DNA from: Syntrophorhabdaceae bacterium
GTDB taxonomy: Bacteria; Desulfobacterota; Syntrophorhabdia; Syntrophorhabdales; Syntrophorhabdaceae
Direction: 5' to 3'
Assembly: GCA_963666485.2 (NCBI GenBank)
Contig: CAXXUO010000001.1
Location: forward strand, 1,280,001 to 1,344,000
DNA: 64,000 nt
The notes under the pieces are model-generated. The model saw nothing but the letters and a program-made list of their open reading frames with translations. It had not been told where the DNA came from and did not search any database. Each line of letters opens with the position of its first letter. Position 1 is the first letter of the stretch. Positions 59,340 through 64,000 of the stretch are shown in pieces. The position numbers and the translations under genes were made by a program.

Positions 59340-59650
59340 GGTTCAAGGTTCAAAGTTCAAAGTTCAAGGCGAAAAGAAAAAACAGTACCCTGGGTCCCGG
59401 TGCCAAGCCACGGATTGAAGGAGCCAATTCATGGGGAATCAGTTGACCCTCTAACCGCCTTCACCCCGAAACCTTGAACCGGACCCCCTTTAATTAATTT
59501 GAAAGACAAAGACTGGACCCCGGCCTTCGCCGGGGTGACGGTGGGGGGGGTGGACCGCCTTTATCGTGGAACGTGGAACCCGGAACGTGGAACCATCTTT
59601 TACCGTTGACCATCTTCTATCCTTGAACATTGAACATTGAACCATCTTTT
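59340..59650. repeat. Heptamer arrays (GTTCAA and GTGGAAC types) with REP-like palindrome
   Basis: ggttcaa arrays facing ttgaaca/ttgaacc; cgtggaac...catctttt as at 34522-34563; palindrome at 59507-59541. Confidence 0.8.
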
Positions 59651-60050
59651 AAGGGGGTTGCCCCCGGGAGGCGACCGGGGGCAATTTTTAAAACGTATAA
59701 GGGGGGGGTGATGGTGTCAGTATGTCAAAGCTCTTGAGAGGCTTTGGCTGGTAAAATTTTGTGAGTCGGGGACATGACCTGAAAAAGCGGTTCGGGATCC
59801 TTCCCTGGCAACGGTGGTAGCGTGTGCCAGCAGGCGAGGGGTGAAGTAGGAACGTGAACGTGTGCGGGCATGCCGAAAAGAGGGGGAAAAGCATATTCCG
59901 GTGGTAGCGGCGAAAACGAGCGCGAGAATGAGCATTGTCAGTATCAGAGCGAGCATTCCTTCACGTCCCTCGACTCACGGTTGGGAAGGAAAGGCGAGGG
60001 ATTCCGAAATCCTTCGCATATCCTTCCCGGTGTCGTATATTCAAAGGCAT

Positions 60051-60365
60051 TCATCCCGTCACCTGCCGCGCATTTTCACCATGTACGGTTTCCATGAGCC
60101 AGACAGTATGGTCGAGAATGCCATATTTTCTTAAGGTATCGGCCACCATCAGGCCGATCTCGCTTTCCTTGAACAGTCCCTGGACCGTGTTCCACATGAT
60201 ATGGAGGCTTATGTCGCCAGGGATCGCAGAATGTGTATATATCCTGGCTTCATCGAGTCCGGGTGTCCCGTTCATGCTGCGGATCATATCCTTGAGCCAC
60301 CGTATAACAGATGGTTCAACATCGGGTTGTGTCCTTAAGCGTATGATCTCTATCCATTCCATCAT
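60051..60365 (-). CDS. Hypothetical protein (104 aa), probable sigma54 target
   Basis: Protein-like composition; -24/-12 motif upstream; divergent from an enhancer-binding protein. Confidence 0.65.
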   Translation of the reverse strand: MMEWIEIIRLRTQPDVEPSVIRWLKDMIRSMNGTPGLDEARIYTHSAIPGDISLHIMWNTVQGLFKESEIGLMVADTLRKYGILDHTVWLMETVHGENARQVTG

Positions 60366-60380
60366 TTCTTCATTTCCTAA

Positions 60381-60396
60381 AGCACTTTGCGTGCCA
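60381..60396 (-). promoter_or_regulatory. Putative sigma54 (-24/-12) promoter
   Basis: TGGCAC-GCAAA-GTGCT on the minus strand (GG-N10-GC). Confidence 0.6.
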
Positions 60397-60538
60397 GAGG
60401 TCTATATCATGTAATTTCAATAACTTACAGAAATCTGATGACATTTCTGACACATGTGACGGAAAATACTGGCATATTTGTCAGTTTTTGCCTATACTAT
60501 CGCATACGATAGTAATATACTAGGGACAAGGAGACGCG

Positions 60539-62095
60539 ATGATCGCGGATGAAAATGAATTTTTTCGGGAACTTACATTACGGATCTGCGGGACCCTCGA
60601 CCTGGGAAAGGCGCTCTGGAATTGTTTCCTGTATGTCAGTTCCATCATGCCGGCGGACGACCTGGAGCTCATTACGTATGACCCGGCCCTGGGGACGATA
60701 GACGTTGTCACGACGGCGAACGCCTCGGGCGGCATTACAAGGATGGACAAGACCCACCTTCCCCCGGAGCTCAGGCAGGAGATAGAGGAGGCGTACCGCC
60801 ATCCCCGTGTCCGGGTAGCAGATAATGTGTTCAACGACCCGATCCTGGGCAGGATTGCGAAAAATGTCGGGTGGGAGCCGTGCTCGATGATGCTCGGCAG
60901 GCTCATTATCGACGGGAAGTACATCGGGGCGCTGGGTGTGAGATCGGCCGGGACCGGCCGCTATTCGGAAGACCATGTGCGGCTGTGGTCGCTCGTCAAC
61001 GAACCTGCCGCGATCGCGCTTGCCAACAGCCGGCGGCTTCGCGAGGTGATCGACCTTAAGGATATGCTCGCGGATGATAACCGCTACCTGCGCGACGAGC
61101 TGCGCAAGAACACCGTCGAGATCGTCGGTGCGGACTTCGGCCTGAAGGATGTCATGGAAGACGTTCGCAAGGTCGCACCCCTGTCGAGCCCGGTCCTTCT
61201 CGTCGGCGAAACGGGAACGGGAAAAGAGGTCATCGCGAACGCGATCCACAACCTCTCGCCCCGGTATAACGCTCCCTTCGTCAAGGTCAACTGCGGTGCG
61301 ATACCGGAGTCCCTGATCGACAGCGAACTCTTCGGCCACGAAAAAGGGGCTTTCACCGGTGCCCTGGCACGTAAAAGGGGACGCTTCGAGCGGGCCCATG
61401 GCGGAACGATATTCCTCGACGAGATAAGCGAGCTGCCGCCGCATGCCCAGGTAAGGCTCCTGCGTGTCCTGCAGGAAAAGGAGATCGAGCGGGTGGGCGG
61501 GACCGAACCCGTCAAGGTTGATATCAGGATAATCTCCGCCACGAACAGGAACCTCGAAAGGATGGTCGAGCAGGGAGATTTCCGGGGAGACCTCTATTTC
61601 CGCATCAAGGTTTTCCCCATCGAGGTGCCTCCCTTGCGGACACGCAAAAATGACATTCCCGCACTCGTCCAGCACTTCATCCGGAAAAAGAGCCGTGAGA
61701 TGGTCCGCCACACCGTTCCCGTCCTTGGCCCCGGGGCTATAGACGCACTCATGACGTACGACTGGCCGGGCAATGTCAGGGAGGTCGAGAATGCCGTGGA
61801 GCGGGCGCTCATACTGTCGGATGGAAAACCGTTGAAGTTCGACGGCATCCTGGGGGTTTCAAAATCGGCACGGGGCAGTTCCGTCCCGGTTTCGGGAGGT
61901 GACCAGCCGGTGGGGGCTCTCAGGGATATCGAAGCGGACCATATTCGCCGTGTCCTCGAGACGGCCGGGGGGAAAATAGAGGGACCGGGCGGGGCCGCCG
62001 AGGTCCTCGGCATGAACCCCGGGACTCTCCGTCACCGTATGAGGAAGCTGGGAATACCGTTCGGGAGGAAGGCGCGGGGCCGGGGCAACAATTAA
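60539..62095 (+). CDS. Sigma54-dependent enhancer-binding protein (GAF-like + AAA+ + HTH)
   Basis: GETGTGKE, GAFTGA, FLDEISE, WPGNVRE; C-terminal HTH. Confidence 0.95.
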   Translation: MIADENEFFRELTLRICGTLDLGKALWNCFLYVSSIMPADDLELITYDPALGTIDVVTTANASGGITRMDKTHLPPELRQEIEEAYRHPRVRVADNVFNDPILGRIAKNVGWEPCSMMLGRLIIDGKYIGALGVRSAGTGRYSEDHVRLWSLVNEPAAIALANSRRLREVIDLKDMLADDNRYLRDELRKNTVEIVGADFGLKDVMEDVRKVAPLSSPVLLVGETGTGKEVIANAIHNLSPRYNAPFVKVNCGAIPESLIDSELFGHEKGAFTGALARKRGRFERAHGGTIFLDEISELPPHAQVRLLRVLQEKEIERVGGTEPVKVDIRIISATNRNLERMVEQGDFRGDLYFRIKVFPIEVPPLRTRKNDIPALVQHFIRKKSREMVRHTVPVLGPGAIDALMTYDWPGNVREVENAVERALILSDGKPLKFDGILGVSKSARGSSVPVSGGDQPVGALRDIEADHIRRVLETAGGKIEGPGGAAEVLGMNPGTLRHRMRKLGIPFGRKARGRGNN

Positions 62096-62288
62096 TTAGG
62101 ATATAATAGCAATTTTCTTCACTGTCCTTTTGACTTCGTTTTAAAAATTTATTATACTGAACGCACGAAACTTAGCTGAAATTTCATTTTCGGCCTTTGA
62201 CCTGTTTGTCAATGGTTGTAATCAGTTTGGGATCTTCCCGGGATGGGATCGCAATACAACCATATAGTGACTAATGTGAGGTTCTTTC

Positions 62289-62639
62289 ATGACGTTGAAA
62301 GAAGTCCAAAAACTTCTTGAAGCAGACATACTGTGCGGAGACGACGAGTGTCTCCAGCGCGATGTCAGAATTTGTTTTGCGTGTGACCTCATCAGTGAAA
62401 TGCTCCTGTACCTCAAACCTCACTCTCTTCTGATCACATCCCTGACAAATGCCCATGTGATACACACGGCGCAGGTAATGGATGCGAAGTCTATCCTCTT
62501 CGTCGGCGGGCGAAAGCCCGATGCTTCCGTTATCACAAGCGGGGAACAGAACAAGATACCACTGCTCGTGACGCCGCTTCTCACGTTCGATTGCTGCGGC
62601 AGGCTTTACGAGAACGGGGTACGGGGGGACACGTATTAG
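62289..62639 (+). CDS. DRTGG-domain-like protein
   Basis: CDLISEML...LLITSLTN..VIHTA...FVGGRKPD pattern; context next to a hydrogenase-like gene. Confidence 0.75.
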   Translation: MTLKEVQKLLEADILCGDDECLQRDVRICFACDLISEMLLYLKPHSLLITSLTNAHVIHTAQVMDAKSILFVGGRKPDASVITSGEQNKIPLLVTPLLTFDCCGRLYENGVRGDTY

Positions 62640-62658
62640 CCGGCTGGGAACCTGACCT

Positions 62659-63123
62659 ATGGTTGATAGTTTAACGTATACACCAAAGATCACGGTTGAA
62701 TATGAGATTGGTGAAAAGGATTTCTTTGTTGCCGGAGAATGTGCATCCCGCGTCAAGAAAACGCTTCAGCAGCTCGGGCTCAAACAGGAAGTTATCAAGC
62801 GGATCGCCATCATCATATACGAGGCGGCAATGAATGTCGCCATTCATGCCACCTCCGGGAGGTTGATCGTCCATGTGGACCCCGAAGGCATCACGATATT
62901 GACGCAGGATATCGGGGCAGGGATCGAGGATATCGATCTGGCGATGAAGGAAGGCTATTCCACGGCGACCTACGAGATCCGGGAAATGGGTTTCGGGGCC
63001 GGCATGGGGCTGTCGAACATAAAGCAATGCTCGGACGACCTGTATATAGAATCGAAGGTAGGCGTCGGCACAAACCTCGAGGCAAAGGTCTTTTTCACGA
63101 AAAAGGCTGTTGAGGATATATGA
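62659..63123 (+). CDS. Anti-sigma regulatory factor / Ser/Thr kinase (RsbT/RsbW-like)
   Basis: YEAAMNVAIHA, DIGAGIED..AMKEGYST, GAGMGLSN. Confidence 0.88.
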   Translation: MVDSLTYTPKITVEYEIGEKDFFVAGECASRVKKTLQQLGLKQEVIKRIAIIIYEAAMNVAIHATSGRLIVHVDPEGITILTQDIGAGIEDIDLAMKEGYSTATYEIREMGFGAGMGLSNIKQCSDDLYIESKVGVGTNLEAKVFFTKKAVEDI

Positions 63124-64000
63124 CACAGTATTTTCACTCGGTCACCCTTGATACGGAAAAATGCAAGGGATGCACGAACTGCATCAAGCGCTGTCCCGTA
63201 GAGGCGATCAGGGTCCGTGACGGCAAGGCGATGATCGTGCAGGAGCGCTGCATCGATTGCGGCGAATGCATCCGCGAATGTCCCAACCACGCAAAAGTGG
63301 CCGTAACGGATACGCTCGACAAGCTGTCGGATTACTATTACAACATAGCGCTCCCGGCGCCATCCTTCTTTGGCCAGTTTAAGGAACAGGTCAACATCGA
63401 GGATGTTCTCGCCGCATTTGCCGGAATAGGGTTCGACGAGGTGTTCGAGGTCGCCCTGGCCGCGGAGATCGTGGGCCATGCGGTCCATGAGTACCTCGCA
63501 CAGTACAAGGGGAAAAGGCCGATATTCTCTTCGGCGTGCCCGGCGGTGCTGCGGCTCATGCAGATAAAATACCCCGAACTCCTCGAGCAGGTCGCACCGT
63601 TCCTGACGCCCATGGAAGTGGCGGCACGGCTCGCGAAAGAAGATGCCGCGCGCAGGATCGGCGTCCCGTACGAGGAGATAGGCGCGTTCTTCATATCGCC
63701 CTGCCCCGCGAAGGTGACCGAGATGAGAAATCCCATGACGACGAAAAACTCGGCCGTCAATGGCGTCATAGGGGTCAACCTTATATATAAGGATATTATT
63801 AAGCACCTGGGCGACAGGAACCAGACCGGGGCCGTTGAGAACCTCCAGCGCGCCACCCGGCTCGGCATGGCATGGGGCTATGTCACCGGGGAATCGCACA
63901 ATATAGCGGCCGGGTCGACGCTTGCGGTCAGCGGCATCCACAATGTCATCAGCCTTCTCGAGGAGATCGAAAGGGGCGAATTGAAAGATGTCGATTTCGT
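63120..64000 (+). CDS. [FeFe]-hydrogenase-like Fe-S protein (putative sensory/regulatory type), truncated by the window end; not in the ORF track
   Basis: ATG 63120 overlaps the kinase stop; MTQYFHSVTLDTEKCKGCTNCIKRCP...CIDCGECIRECP; variant motifs SSACPAV and SPCPAK. Confidence 0.85.
   Translation, partial: MTQYFHSVTLDTEKCKGCTNCIKRCPVEAIRVRDGKAMIVQERCIDCGECIRECPNHAKVAVTDTLDKLSDYYYNIALPAPSFFGQFKEQVNIEDVLAAFAGIGFDEVFEVALAAEIVGHAVHEYLAQYKGKRPIFSSACPAVLRLMQIKYPELLEQVAPFLTPMEVAARLAKEDAARRIGVPYEEIGAFFISPCPAKVTEMRNPMTTKNSAVNGVIGVNLIYKDIIKHLGDRNQTGAVENLQRATRLGMAWGYVTGESHNIAAGSTLAVSGIHNVISLLEEIERGELKDVDF

Noticed and set aside
59717..59956. 79-aa ORF with a hydrophobic N-terminus downstream of the sigma54-linked gene
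   Set aside because: Could be real, but has no recognisable motif and competing ORFs overlap it; support is insufficient
21..63941. Many long antisense or alternative-frame ORFs (e.g. 21-773, 8989-10134, 17246-18451, 34836-36203, 51220-52581, 62970-63941)
   Set aside because: They shadow well-supported genes, as expected with GC-rich codon usage, and show no recognisable motifs

Overview
Fairly GC-rich, gene-dense bacterial chromosome segment. Gene content (benzoate-CoA ligase, trimeric [FeFe] hydrogenase, selenocysteine formate dehydrogenase, Rex, class II RNR, sigma-54 activator) suggests an anaerobic, probably syntrophic aromatic degrader, possibly Syntrophorhabdus-like (inference only). 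It carries housekeeping genes (trxB, tRNA-Gly, bioB, dprA-topA-trmFO, rsmE, thiL, rarA, a second EF-G with birA-coaX, tatD, tcdA). The ORF track misses or splits four genes: a 36-aa Thx-type ribosomal protein, a formate dehydrogenase read through a UGA with a SECIS hairpin, an MFS gene broken by four +1 insertions, and a third [FeFe]-hydrogenase-like gene running off the right end. Three features stand out. (i) A rex-hydCBA-sensory PAS hydrogenase-Ser/Thr phosphatase operon runs directly into benzoate-CoA ligase, has twin non-canonical palindromes over its promoter, and lies about 4 kb from a DRTGG/kinase/hydrogenase-like cluster. (ii) Intergenic DNA is pervaded by inverted arrays of several 7-nt units, REP-like palindromes and nested MITE-like units. 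(iii) A 292-bp element contains two hairpin loops that are perfectly complementary over 12 nt. No CRISPR array, integrase or transposase was seen. All calls were made by eye, without database searches.
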